This document shows, piece after piece, positions 8,935 to 18,205 of a stretch of DNA of 64,000 nucleotides. The stretch is from a virus (taxonomy: Duplodnaviria; Heunggongvirae; Uroviricota; Caudoviricetes), in IMG/VR virus record IMGVR_UViG_3300005323_000037, positions 51,988 to 115,987 of that record. One strand, written 5' to 3'. Position 1 is the first letter of the stretch. The number at the start of each line of letters is the position of its first letter. The translations under genes and the position numbers were made by a program. The notes under the pieces are model-generated. The model was not told the origin of the DNA. It did no database searches and saw nothing but the letters and a program-made list of their open reading frames with translations.

Positions 8935-9471
8935 TTACCAATCATCATAATCATCGTCGTCATCTGCATGCGCATTAGCTAGTGTGCCAGGAAAATCATG
9001 CATACCACGATAGAAGCGCGGCTTGACTCGATCGGTGTTAGATTCATAGGTGTCTTTATCAGAGATAGATATACCACCAGCATATGGCACCATAGTAGAT
9101 GAGCGCGTTACGCCCATAGCAGTGAGGTCCATTTGACCGAGACTATTGATGCCTTCATAGAACATGTCCATGAAGATTTTGCCGCGTAAGCGCTCGCCGG
9201 CGTTGATTACTATACCGACACGTGACATTTCTGCTCTGGCTGCCGCGTAGAGCGCATTCAGGTCTACTAGCTCATTGTAAATGCTGGCAGTGGAAGCTAC
9301 TGGAATAGTATAGCCACTGCCAGATAGATAAGCATTGATGCGACTATAGCCAGCAGCTAACCAATTTTCTACATGCGATGAGGCCGGAGAGGTAGTAGAA
9401 TCAAAGGTTGAAGCTGAGCCAAGTAGACTCTTGCAATAACCGACTACATTAGATGCTGATGCATAAGTCAT
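8935..9471 (-). CDS. Hypothetical virion-module protein with poly-acidic C-terminus (HADDDDDYDDW)
   Basis: 178-aa ORF in the morphogenesis arm. Confidence 0.3.
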   Translation of the reverse strand: MTYASASNVVGYCKSLLGSASTFDSTTSPASSHVENWLAAGYSRINAYLSGSGYTIPVASTASIYNELVDLNALYAAARAEMSRVGIVINAGERLRGKIFMDMFYEGINSLGQMDLTAMGVTRSSTMVPYAGGISISDKDTYESNTDRVKPRFYRGMHDFPGTLANAHADDDDDYDDW

Positions 9472-9478
9472 ATTTGTA

Positions 9479-10120
9479 TTATCCTCTGCATGTCCAGTTA
9501 TCTAGCTTGTCACCGGAGATGCTAGAAAACATGCCATGAATTGTGCCGTCCACAATAACTGTCGTGCCGCTACCTAATAGTATATCATTTTTGTATGCTT
9601 GCCAGGACGTGCCAGAAAGAACCAGCTTCAACACATCATTGGCAACGTATTCGGACACGTATTCAGCCAAGAGAGACGACCCTTCTGGTAAGGACTCTAA
9701 AATAACTACAGAACTGCCAGCTTGAAACATCTGAAATGAAATAGTAGGATTAGTAGCCGAGTCACATCTGGCATATATGCCAGCAGCCTCAGCTAACGCT
9801 CTAACAGTAACACTGATAGTAACATTGGATATACCGCACGATTGAAGCGCAAATACATTGATCTCGCCACTTTGCACTACACCGCTCGCAATCGACCAGC
9901 CAGATGCATTCCAAGCAATGGATTGGGCCGTCTCGCCGCTTGGACCAACTGATTCACTTGAACCAAGAACTCCATTGGCGCGTGTAAAGCTATCGTATGA
10001 TAAGAATGGTTGAGCAGTAGCATTGGAGCCGAATAAGCGCTTGCCTATAATAACTGGCTCAACTCTAATAACACCATTAGCTATTGGTTGCACAGTAATT
10101 GGATCAATAATAATAGTCAT
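9479..10120 (-). CDS. Hypothetical virion-module protein (Ser/Gly/Thr-rich, beta-rich; possible fibre or adhesin-like)
   Basis: 213-aa ORF, good coding texture. Confidence 0.3.
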   Translation of the reverse strand: MTIIIDPITVQPIANGVIRVEPVIIGKRLFGSNATAQPFLSYDSFTRANGVLGSSESVGPSGETAQSIAWNASGWSIASGVVQSGEINVFALQSCGISNVTISVTVRALAEAAGIYARCDSATNPTISFQMFQAGSSVVILESLPEGSSLLAEYVSEYVANDVLKLVLSGTSWQAYKNDILLGSGTTVIVDGTIHGMFSSISGDKLDNWTCRG

Positions 10121-10124
10121 GCTT

Positions 10125-10793
10125 TCACCCCGTCAGCGCGGCCATCGCGGCGGAAACGGCCGGCACCCATGTGGCGTGACCGGTAGATGTATCGTAAATC
10201 GCACCTGCTTGCCAGTAGCCCACCATTAGCCCCTCTGCCGCACCAACGCCATATCCGCCAATGATAAATTCTCGGTTTGGCGTAATCCCCGCGTCGGTCA
10301 GCGTTGCGATCAGCGCGCCATCCATATACGCGCTTCTGCCAGCCAGCGCCTGTACGCCCGCGGCGACAGCTGTGCCATTTTTCAGAATCGTACTGCCGCG
10401 CCACCACATACGCTTACCTCCATTCCCCTCATTTATTACAAAAGCGGCTGTTACTGCTGCGTTTGTAGATCCGAAAATATAGCGATTATCGCCGGAAACG
10501 GCGGCAAAGCGCACGATGATGGTATAGTCAAGATTCGCGGGAATTGCGCCTGTCCGGAGGCGTTTTGACGATCCGTCAAAGATCCATCCCGTCGCGCTGG
10601 AAAAACCTGGTGTTACACCCTCAAACGCATCCTGGATTTCCGCGAAATCGTGCAGGCTCGCGGCGTAGTTTGCCGCGCCGAGCGGGCAGTACGCGCGAAT
10701 CGGTGCCGGTGCGCCGCCCGCGCGGTACCAAGCACTATTAGCATCGCGTCTCCGTATTATTCCACTCATGCCACCGCGCAATAATCCGGTCAT
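10125..10793 (-). CDS. Hypothetical Gly/Ala-rich protein on a GC-rich island
   Basis: About 60% GC against about 40% in flanking genes. 222 aa. Confidence 0.35.
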   Translation of the reverse strand: MTGLLRGGMSGIIRRRDANSAWYRAGGAPAPIRAYCPLGAANYAASLHDFAEIQDAFEGVTPGFSSATGWIFDGSSKRLRTGAIPANLDYTIIVRFAAVSGDNRYIFGSTNAAVTAAFVINEGNGGKRMWWRGSTILKNGTAVAAGVQALAGRSAYMDGALIATLTDAGITPNREFIIGGYGVGAAEGLMVGYWQAGAIYDTSTGHATWVPAVSAAMAALTG

Positions 10794-10794
10794 C

Positions 10795-11448
10795 TTACCA
10801 TCTCACATTATGTAATGCGGTTTGCACGTCGCTTGGATTGACTGGAGCTAAACCAACCTGTTCCGCTCGACTACATAGCTTGACAGTATTACTATAACTA
10901 GGATCATCTTCCTTTTCAGCTAGAATAGCTTGGATTTTTCTAATAGTATTATCAGAGAGTATACTTGCCGCTACTTGCAATACAGACACCAGCGCGTCAC
11001 GATTGTCCATACTAATGGCTGTTTCAATATCGGTCTTGAGTCCAGGAATACGATAAATATCCAATGCCTCAGTAGGCTCCATGACGTCCAGTAAATCATA
11101 TATAGATACATGTTTAGGAATGGACGTAATACTATCTGGATTAATTGTCTCGGCCCGATAGTTGAGCAGGCTCGCAATTGACTCGTAGTCACGACCGTAC
11201 TGGCGGTAGTCTAGATTAGCTGGATCGTTCAATAATTCACTAAGTAATGCGCTCTGATCGCGTACCAGAATACGAGTCTCACCAGTATCAATTGGACTGA
11301 AGATGCGATCTACTTTCCCCAGCTTAGCCTTCTCTGCTACAGTTTTAGTAAACTTATGCTTCTTGCCTAATCGTAGAATGGTCAATACGCCTATTACAAT
11401 TGCTACAGTAGACATGAACAATGATATACCAAGCAAAATGTCATTCAT
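10795..11448 (-). CDS. Type II (N-terminal signal-anchor) membrane protein
   Basis: Start moved to MNDILLGISLFMSTVAIVIGVLTIL (TM helix followed by RLGKKHK). The track ORF extends to 11598 but overlaps the upstream gene. Confidence 0.35.
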   Translation of the reverse strand: MNDILLGISLFMSTVAIVIGVLTILRLGKKHKFTKTVAEKAKLGKVDRIFSPIDTGETRILVRDQSALLSELLNDPANLDYRQYGRDYESIASLLNYRAETINPDSITSIPKHVSIYDLLDVMEPTEALDIYRIPGLKTDIETAISMDNRDALVSVLQVAASILSDNTIRKIQAILAEKEDDPSYSNTVKLCSRAEQVGLAPVNPSDVQTALHNVRW

Positions 11449-11449
11449 A

Positions 11450-11782
11450 TTATGACTCCACAAAGTAGCCAATTGTATAGCCAAATGGCGAACCCGTACT
11501 GATATCCAGTACCAATGCATCGTTCGGATCAAGGCGAATCTCGCGTCCCTCAGTAAAAGCAAGCGCCACTCCATCGCCCTGATCCTTGCATAATACATTC
11601 AATTTCGTACTGGAGCTACCAGATTTTAGCAGCGCCAACTGCGATGCGGCAACATAATTCTGTAACACAACAGTTGATAAGCATATCTGCGCGCCCACTC
11701 CAGGACTGGTGGCTATAGTATTAGCACCACTAGCTATAACACTACCACTGATAACTGTGACTGCTTTGACTAAACGTCCCAT
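11450..11782 (-). CDS. Hypothetical protein
   Basis: 110-aa ORF in the packed array. Confidence 0.3.
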   Translation of the reverse strand: MGRLVKAVTVISGSVIASGANTIATSPGVGAQICLSTVVLQNYVAASQLALLKSGSSSTKLNVLCKDQGDGVALAFTEGREIRLDPNDALVLDISTGSPFGYTIGYFVES

Positions 11783-11783
11783 A

Positions 11784-12125
11784 TTACACCGGCCTTAGAT
11801 ACCAGCATGTTCGTAGTGCGCTGGCATCATCGTCACCATTGATATATGTAACTTTAGCAGCGTTGCCAACTACCTCAATCGAGAAGCCTGAACCTGAATC
11901 AGCAGTAACAACGGACGCGGATATATAATCCCAGTTGACACCATAATCAGCAGATTGATAGATGCTCAATCCAGACGCGGCTTTAGATGAGGCGCTACTA
12001 AATACAATGCCTACAATGCTGCGACAGCCCATTGATATCAGGCTACCAGATACACTACCATCAGCAGCTAACGATCCTGAACTACGCAAAATTTCTATAG
12101 CTGCTTGACCATACAATCTAGACAT
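11784..12125 (-). CDS. Hypothetical protein
   Basis: 113-aa ORF in the packed array. Confidence 0.3.
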   Translation of the reverse strand: MSRLYGQAAIEILRSSGSLAADGSVSGSLISMGCRSIVGIVFSSASSKAASGLSIYQSADYGVNWDYISASVVTADSGSGFSIEVVGNAAKVTYINGDDDASALRTCWYLRPV

Positions 12126-12189
12126 AATTCACTCCCGGCCACGATTGGTTACGTGCGCCACGCAATTAAGGTATGTGAATAGTTTCACA

Positions 12190-12972
12190 TTAGGTATGCA
12201 ATTCAATTACATCCATGATAACAGTTGGTGAGCGCTCTACTGCCAGATAGAATGCATCATTCGGATCAGAGCCGTCGCCGATTGCTGTCCAGAATATTCT
12301 GATAAACAATGCAATTGCCTCTTCCGGTACCGCTCCTCTAACTGTGATAACATACGGTACACTACCGATCAAGGCTGCCGCAAAAGATGTATCGCGCCCA
12401 ATTAGCACCAGCACATCAACATCAGTTAGGATTCCATCTAGATCAGTTGGTGTATACTCGCCATCTTTGAAGATTAGCCTATTGCCACTCACTTCAAGTA
12501 GCAGATACACATAACGAATTGGTATGCCAGTTGCTCTACGCGTATCAAGCAAACTCTTCATGCGTTTGAATTGCACTGGTCGCATAAATGTTGGTGCAAA
12601 GCAGCCCTTCTCACGAATCGCTCGCATGGCCGCGATACTGGCATCGGATTCCTTACTATTGATACCAACTAGAATAGTAGAGTTTTTATCAGTAGCAGCA
12701 ATCTGGCTACTCTCCAATACATTGATGCGTTCACGCGCTACTGTAAGCTGTGTTTCGAGTTCTTGAATGCGCTTTCTGGCTAAATCCAGTTCGGTTACTA
12801 ATGTATTAACAGTCTTACGCAAGTCTTCGACCTGTTTCGACAATTGCTCCTCCTTAGTTTCTGGCAGCAATGAGCGTTTCGCATTAGCTCGAATGCCTAA
12901 TAGGAGCGATACTAATGCCACTCCAAACGAGATGATGATCTGCCAATTTTCGCCAATGATTTTGATGTCCAT
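12190..12972 (-). CDS. Membrane-anchored coiled-coil protein with C-terminal alpha/beta domain
   Basis: N-terminal TM helix (IIISFGVALVSLLLGI), then a heptad-rich stretch of about 60 aa (KQVEDLRKTVNTLVTELDLARKRIQELETQL), then a globular domain. Start moved to MDIKII. Confidence 0.35.
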   Translation of the reverse strand: MDIKIIGENWQIIISFGVALVSLLLGIRANAKRSLLPETKEEQLSKQVEDLRKTVNTLVTELDLARKRIQELETQLTVARERINVLESSQIAATDKNSTILVGINSKESDASIAAMRAIREKGCFAPTFMRPVQFKRMKSLLDTRRATGIPIRYVYLLLEVSGNRLIFKDGEYTPTDLDGILTDVDVLVLIGRDTSFAAALIGSVPYVITVRGAVPEEAIALFIRIFWTAIGDGSDPNDAFYLAVERSPTVIMDVIELHT

Positions 12973-13337
12973 TAGCAATGCCTCTCGTTTTGAGCAGCTT
13001 CTAATATGCAAAATACGGACAGTATCAACGCTGACCATGAAGATGATAGTATCGGCATTACAGCTAGAGCGGCAAGCATATTAGTAGACGCACAGATTGC
13101 AGCGGATATTCTACCAAACCAACCACCACGCCAACCGTTGAATGCCGATACTAAAAATAATAGCCCTGAGACAACTTGCAACAAGCCAAATACAATCGGA
13201 TTAGTATAGTGCACAGTTAACGTGTTTAGTCCAGCTATACGCAGAATACCTTGCCCGATCATCATTAGACTAATTACATAACGCGCGCCGCCACTGATAG
13301 GCGGCATTTTTATACGTGCCAAGAATTCAGTCAGCAT
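12972..13337 (-). CDS. Small polytopic membrane protein (3-4 TM; holin-like topology)
   Basis: 121 aa with three to four hydrophobic helices. Confidence 0.35.
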   Translation of the reverse strand: MLTEFLARIKMPPISGGARYVISLMMIGQGILRIAGLNTLTVHYTNPIVFGLLQVVSGLLFLVSAFNGWRGGWFGRISAAICASTNMLAALAVMPILSSSWSALILSVFCILEAAQNERHC

Positions 13338-13358
13338 AGCACACTCTCCCTATTGGGA

Positions 13359-13724
13359 TTATAGAACGTATGCTACGTAATGAAATCCTACTGTACTAGC
13401 GCCGCCATTTGCATCGCCACAGTTGAACAGGTTAATTGAAGCGCCATTTGTGCCAACACGGATATTGTTGATTACAAATCCGTTCGGTAACGAGGCATTC
13501 AATACGCATGCACCAATTGCAAATACCTTAGATGTGGCCGACACACCTGTAATAGCAATTGAAGCCGAGCCCATAGTAGACGCATTGATTGCGCCCATAC
13601 AAGCTGCTACTGACCCAGCCAAAATAGCCGAGATACTTGTGCCATTGACATCAACAGTGTTGCTAGCACCAACAGTAAGCCCACCAGCCGCGAGTAGAGT
13701 TCTTCGAGTCTTGAAACTAGGCAT
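13359..13724 (-). CDS. Hypothetical Ser/Ala/Gly/Asn-rich protein
   Basis: 121-aa ORF directly downstream of the capsid gene terminator region. Confidence 0.3.
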   Translation of the reverse strand: MPSFKTRRTLLAAGGLTVGASNTVDVNGTSISAILAGSVAACMGAINASTMGSASIAITGVSATSKVFAIGACVLNASLPNGFVINNIRVGTNGASINLFNCGDANGGASTVGFHYVAYVL

Positions 13725-13919
13725 TTTACTATCTCCTTATAGATAGAATACAAATACTCCTGGATAATACACTTAAGTTTATTACGCACAGGAGTATTCA
13801 AGGGTATTCAATTGTATTCTTTTTCTGTGGGAGCGCCACAGCATCTCCTGTGCGGAGGACATGCAAACTCATTCTTGCGAATAAGTCCCAACCTGCTAGC
13901 ATGCTAAGCAATAATGGCT

Positions 13920-13968
13920 GTGTGGACTGGGCATTCTGCTATCAATAAGTAAATCAACCAGTCCACAC
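13920..13968 (-). terminator. Strong stem-loop (11-bp perfect stem GTGTGGACTGG/CCAGTCCACAC) immediately downstream of the capsid gene
   Basis: Inverted repeat 13920-13930 / 13958-13968 followed on the minus strand by a U-rich tract. More hairpins at 13749-13800 and 13828-13860. Confidence 0.4.
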
Positions 13969-13978
13969 AAGCCCTAGG

Positions 13979-14899
13979 TTACACACAGTTGTACAGAACA
14001 GCACCAGCATCAGAGGCGGCAATGACTTCATCGGTAGAGTGCGATGCTTCAAATACATCCTGGTAACGCTGATCTTCACGGAAACGAGCGATCTTGCGCG
14101 TCTTCCATTCAAGGACATAGCCAGCCGCGGGCGTGCGCAGTGACGGCGAAGGCGGAACATAACCACACCAGAACTGATCGCCCCAGATGTAGGCAGGAGA
14201 TGCAGTCTGGCCTTCCATGGCCTTATCCCATAACTGCGTGCCAATGAGGACCTTGCTAAAGCCAAACCAGTCAACTAGATCGCTCGGATCGACGCGCCCG
14301 CCCGGTCGAGTGTACTTCACCCGATCCAGGAAGTCAGGATGCTGACGCAGATGCCGCCATACATCCCAGGACATAATTGCTACATTAGGCGTGCGACCAA
14401 TTGAGCTGACCACACCATTGACCGCAGTGTCGATATCGCCCCATGGATCAGAAAGATCAGAACTCCAAGCAGTATTAGGCGTAGCAGAATACGACCATAG
14501 TCCAGACCCGCCTGTGGTGAGATTGGCGACTCGAATTTCCTGTGCCCGCAAGAGTGCGTCAGTAACGAATTCGGCAGCCTCAACATCGGGCCGTAGCGGA
14601 GCATCTGCGTTTTCGCGCACTTCATCCGGTACAACCTTAGCTACTGCGTAGGTCATGCAGTTATAGGTCCCAGTCGTTAGGTCGTACTCTGCGCGTTCAG
14701 CAATTGCTCCCGGCGCACGCTGAGCAACCACATTACGCTGCCAAGCCTGCTTCGGGAACGTGAAGTAGTAATCCGACTTTTTCATTACCGGAATAGTAGA
14801 GAATACCTGTGTATTCATGTATTCAGGATTACTATATCCGATACTGATCGAAGTCATTACCGCATCGACATGAACATCATGTAAAGTAGGAAGTGGCAT
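13979..14899 (-). CDS. Major capsid protein (putative)
   Basis: 306-aa ORF with a strong RBS (AAGGAG), downstream of the scaffold and decoration-like genes and followed by the terminator hairpin. Size and order fit an MCP. Confidence 0.5.
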   Translation of the reverse strand: MPLPTLHDVHVDAVMTSISIGYSNPEYMNTQVFSTIPVMKKSDYYFTFPKQAWQRNVVAQRAPGAIAERAEYDLTTGTYNCMTYAVAKVVPDEVRENADAPLRPDVEAAEFVTDALLRAQEIRVANLTTGGSGLWSYSATPNTAWSSDLSDPWGDIDTAVNGVVSSIGRTPNVAIMSWDVWRHLRQHPDFLDRVKYTRPGGRVDPSDLVDWFGFSKVLIGTQLWDKAMEGQTASPAYIWGDQFWCGYVPPSPSLRTPAAGYVLEWKTRKIARFREDQRYQDVFEASHSTDEVIAASDAGAVLYNCV

Positions 14900-14916
14900 A
14901 TCTTATTCTCCTTTCC

Positions 14917-15321
14917 TTATACTACCGCACGCTGCGGTATGGTGAGGAAGATTGTGCCATAAGCGCCTGAGCCAGACGCGTAAGCCACTTCCGATTGCCC
15001 CATACACCAGGCACAGCCGGCAGTCGTATTGATATAACCAGTAGCCAAACCAGTGCTAGAGCTAATTACCAAGCCGCCAAACGTCAGCGGGCTAGCGTTG
15101 GATGCCTCAGCAGTTAGGCGTACCTTGGTCTGCCCAAAGCGCCGTACAGTAGCTTCTTCACCAGCGGTAGGATCGTTCTGCAAGACACCCAAGCATGACC
15201 CGCCCATCGTAGCATTTAGCTCGACATTACCCGCGGTGCTAGAAGCCTTTACGAACCGATACTGATAGCTGCTCAAGTCCGAGTCAGCAATATAAGTGTA
15301 ATCCCAACCCTTGCTAGCCAT
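14917..15321 (-). CDS. Putative head decoration / capsid accessory protein
   Basis: 134 aa, Gly/Ser/Thr/Ala-rich, between the scaffold and capsid genes. Confidence 0.3.
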   Translation of the reverse strand: MASKGWDYTYIADSDLSSYQYRFVKASSTAGNVELNATMGGSCLGVLQNDPTAGEEATVRRFGQTKVRLTAEASNASPLTFGGLVISSSTGLATGYINTTAGCAWCMGQSEVAYASGSGAYGTIFLTIPQRAVV

Positions 15322-15323
15322 GA

Positions 15324-16250
15324 TTACACCTCCCTTCCAGGCTTACGCGCGCTGCGCAGATAAGCCATTGCATCGTCCCGACCAACCTTTAGCAACTCGT
15401 CGCGCGGATTAGCCGACCGAGTAGCCTTAGTCACCGCGTCAGTTGCTTCAGCAGCATAGTTGACGCCCTTCTCTAGCCAAAGCTGATTGTCTACAAGGTG
15501 ATTATCCATCGTCTGCATGACGGCAGCAAACCACTCGTAGCGCGTCGGATCAGTCTTGGACAGCCAGTACATATGATCGGCTAACTCGTCCGGGCTAAGC
15601 GGTAAGGCAGAAAGACTACGTGCCTTGGAAATGAATTCAGAGCGTTCCTTCTCTTCCTTGGCGATAACCAGTGCCTGCTCGGCCTTTTCCAAACGAGATA
15701 CCAAGTCATTGTACTTCTCCACATCGACCTGATTCTCTTCACTCATATTGTTCTCCTTACTTAATTCGTTCTCTTCAACTGCTACTTCAGCTATTGCAGC
15801 CTGCTCAGTTGTTTCCACTACATCAGATTCAGTTACCGGTTCAGATGTCTCTTCTTTTACCTCTTCCTCCTTAGCAGATTCAATGATTTCAGCTTCACTA
15901 GCTACAGTATTATCAACAGTTTCAGTAGACTCTTCTACGACGCTGGCGGGCGACTTTTCTTGTAGAAGAATTTCCTTAGCTGTATTGACAATCAACTCGA
16001 TAAAGCGCTTACCTAAATCGGAAAGCTTTTTGGAGTCCTGCCCCATTTCCGACTTATCCGCTTCTTGCATTTCGTCGCATTCTTTCTTCTTGTCTTCGTC
16101 TTCGATGCCATCCTCATTATCAGTGCTAGCTTCGGCACTCTTGACCATGAAGAAGTCTTCACGATTGGCTCCTGCAAAGACTAGACCAAGTGTTTCGACA
16201 TCAACATCAGATAGCTCAAACTTCTGCTTTTCCTCATTAGGCATTGTCAC
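15324..16250 (-). CDS. Scaffolding protein (putative)
   Basis: 308 aa, extremely acidic (E/D/S-rich), predicted helical or coiled, immediately upstream of the capsid genes. Confidence 0.45.
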   Translation of the reverse strand: MTMPNEEKQKFELSDVDVETLGLVFAGANREDFFMVKSAEASTDNEDGIEDEDKKKECDEMQEADKSEMGQDSKKLSDLGKRFIELIVNTAKEILLQEKSPASVVEESTETVDNTVASEAEIIESAKEEEVKEETSEPVTESDVVETTEQAAIAEVAVEENELSKENNMSEENQVDVEKYNDLVSRLEKAEQALVIAKEEKERSEFISKARSLSALPLSPDELADHMYWLSKTDPTRYEWFAAVMQTMDNHLVDNQLWLEKGVNYAAEATDAVTKATRSANPRDELLKVGRDDAMAYLRSARKPGREV

Positions 16251-16554
16251 TATCCTTTCTGGTAATCAGCTTACGCGTATGAGCGGCACTGGAACCAGCA
16301 AAAGCTGACATGCCAGCTACTAGCGCGGGCCAGATTACCTGTTCAAAGTTTGCTGAGTAATGCCCAGTAACTATGCCAAGCAATACACCGAATAGAGGGA
16401 TAGCTAGACAGATCAAGAATGTGTATAGACGCTTGAGCTTAGCATCTAGATTGCCCCAATTAGGAATCCACTCAATCGCAAAGCTCTCAATAAAGCCGAT
16501 CACTACATTTATGCCTGGTGCCTGCAACCAACTTAGAAACATCTCAAAACTCAT
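16237..16554 (-). CDS. Small membrane protein
   Basis: 105 aa with 2-3 hydrophobic helices. RBS AGGAG. Preceded by the promoter and terminator pair. Confidence 0.3.
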   Translation of the reverse strand: MSFEMFLSWLQAPGINVVIGFIESFAIEWIPNWGNLDAKLKRLYTFLICLAIPLFGVLLGIVTGHYSANFEQVIWPALVAGMSAFAGSSAAHTRKLITRKDSDNA

Positions 16555-16568
16555 AGGCTTTTCTCCTG

Positions 16569-16605
16569 AAATAAAAATGCGGATCGAGACCGGAGTCCCA
16601 TCCGC
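16569..16605 (-). terminator. Intrinsic terminator-like hairpin (GCGGAT...ATCCGC plus U-run) between a strong promoter and the head-gene block
   Basis: Stem 16579-16584 / 16600-16605. On the minus strand it is followed by AUUUUUAUUU, then the RBS of ORF 16237-16554. Confidence 0.5.
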
Positions 16606-16627
16606 AAATCCTTACCAGTACGTGAAT

Positions 16628-16656
16628 ATTATAACATATATTATAATATTTGTCAA
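16628..16656 (-). promoter_or_regulatory. Consensus sigma70-type promoter (TTGACA-17-TATAAT) on the minus strand
   Basis: The reverse complement reads TTGACAAATATTATAATATATGTTATAAT. A second GTACTTGACAA copy at 16670-16682 lacks a -10. Confidence 0.55.
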
Positions 16657-16698
16657 GTACTTAGTTGAAATATTGTCAAGTACTTGTGATGCATCACA

Positions 16699-17502
16699 TT
16701 AGTTGGCTGATATATCAGATTGATCTATGATTAGCGGCTTACGTTTGGCCTTGCCGCGGATTGAGTAAGCATTGATTTTGCCAGTAGTAATCTTATTCCA
16801 TAGCTCATCATCGGGCACATAAGTAACAGTTACCCAAGAACCTTTTGTAATTAGATGGCCGTCGATACTAAAATCTACTGGTGCAATATAGGATTCTACA
16901 GCAACTGCCTTACCTTCTAGACCGATCACCTTATGCTGCTCGTCATATTGCTGCGACTTCATCATCCAGCGGTGCGCCATAGTTTCAATCTCGTCTGGAT
17001 TGATCCAATCATTTTGTGTGTCAGACCAGCCGAATGGTTTGGCTGGATAGGATACGCCATAGACTAAGCGCTTAGCGTCGCTACTCTTGAAGATAAAGCT
17101 AGACTCCGCACTCATACTAACTGGATCACCAGATACACGAGCAAGGGCGGCTAGCTCTTCAACGGCAAATGAGATGTATTCTTCACCAGAAGCGTCTTTA
17201 GCAAGAGATGTTTTGATACCAGCGGATTGCATGAGTGAGACTAGCTTGCGCCTAGCTACAGCCTTGGATTCTGGGCTGGACTGGACTTGATCTAGCCTAG
17301 CCGCTGCATTACGCAAGGCATTCTTATTGACTGGCCCACCTGGAGTAGACTTGACTGGTAGATGACATTTGGACTTTACTTTAGGAGTGTCGGTATTGTC
17401 ATCAATCAAGCAGACTGAGCAATAAGACTCTGCGGATAAGTCTGACTTAGGTGTATCCCAAGGTACGTCTGTAAAATTTACTTTACTAATATCTTCATCC
17501 AT
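16699..17502 (-). CDS. Putative prohead protease / head morphogenesis protein
   Basis: 267 aa, upstream of scaffold and capsid. Family assignment is uncertain. Confidence 0.25.
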   Translation of the reverse strand: MDEDISKVNFTDVPWDTPKSDLSAESYCSVCLIDDNTDTPKVKSKCHLPVKSTPGGPVNKNALRNAAARLDQVQSSPESKAVARRKLVSLMQSAGIKTSLAKDASGEEYISFAVEELAALARVSGDPVSMSAESSFIFKSSDAKRLVYGVSYPAKPFGWSDTQNDWINPDEIETMAHRWMMKSQQYDEQHKVIGLEGKAVAVESYIAPVDFSIDGHLITKGSWVTVTYVPDDELWNKITTGKINAYSIRGKAKRKPLIIDQSDISAN

Positions 17503-17669
17503 TATAATATTGCCTCCAAAACTATAATCATAACTTGCTGCACCATAGTAATATTATAGCACAGTTTTATGAAAAAAGCAAGAGGCATATCATTATGTAA
17601 TGTACTAGAGAGGGGTGATAGAAGAAATAAAAAGAGGCCAACCATTGCTGATTGACCTCAAGAGGAAGA

Positions 17670-17858
17670 CTAGACTTGTACGTCTACACTTTTATCATAG
17701 ACGTCGATCCGAATGCGTGACAAGTCGGATGATAGACGATAAACTGTAATAGAGATATCTCTAAATTCAGTCTGGTATTCAGCGCGCCTAGCGCCATATT
17801 CAATTGTGGTGATACCTAGTCTGATTAAGTCAATGATCTCATTCAGGTTATCGTCCAT
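17670..17858 (-). CDS. Hypothetical small protein
   Basis: 62-aa ORF. Confidence 0.25.
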   Translation of the reverse strand: MDDNLNEIIDLIRLGITTIEYGARRAEYQTEFRDISITVYRLSSDLSRIRIDVYDKSVDVQV

Positions 17859-17874
17859 TGCTCACTCTTCGGGC

Positions 17875-18123
17875 TTAGATCAAGCCCACTCTTTCAGCAA
17901 TCGCTACTAGAGCGCGTCCAGTAGCAACATCAATGCCGCGACCTTCATCATACTGATCGTGCGGCCCACATTTAGAGATAGCCGACTGATAGTACCTCTT
18001 GCCCTCAATCTCTGCGACCAATGCGACAAGTGTATATGGCCGCTCGGAATGCACGCGATTCTCTACCACATGCGCTTCAACAAAGTCCTTAGCATAGTTA
18101 CGTTTCTTGCACACTTTGATCAC
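17875..18123 (-). CDS. Hypothetical small protein
   Basis: 82-aa ORF. Confidence 0.3.
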   Translation of the reverse strand: MIKVCKKRNYAKDFVEAHVVENRVHSERPYTLVALVAEIEGKRYYQSAISKCGPHDQYDEGRGIDVATGRALVAIAERVGLI

Positions 18124-18205
18124 CCCTGTTAGAGATAAGATTGGCGAAGTTATTAGTTCGCTCTGTTCATTATTATACTATAGTAAGAAGTAGTTTGTCA
18201 AGTAG

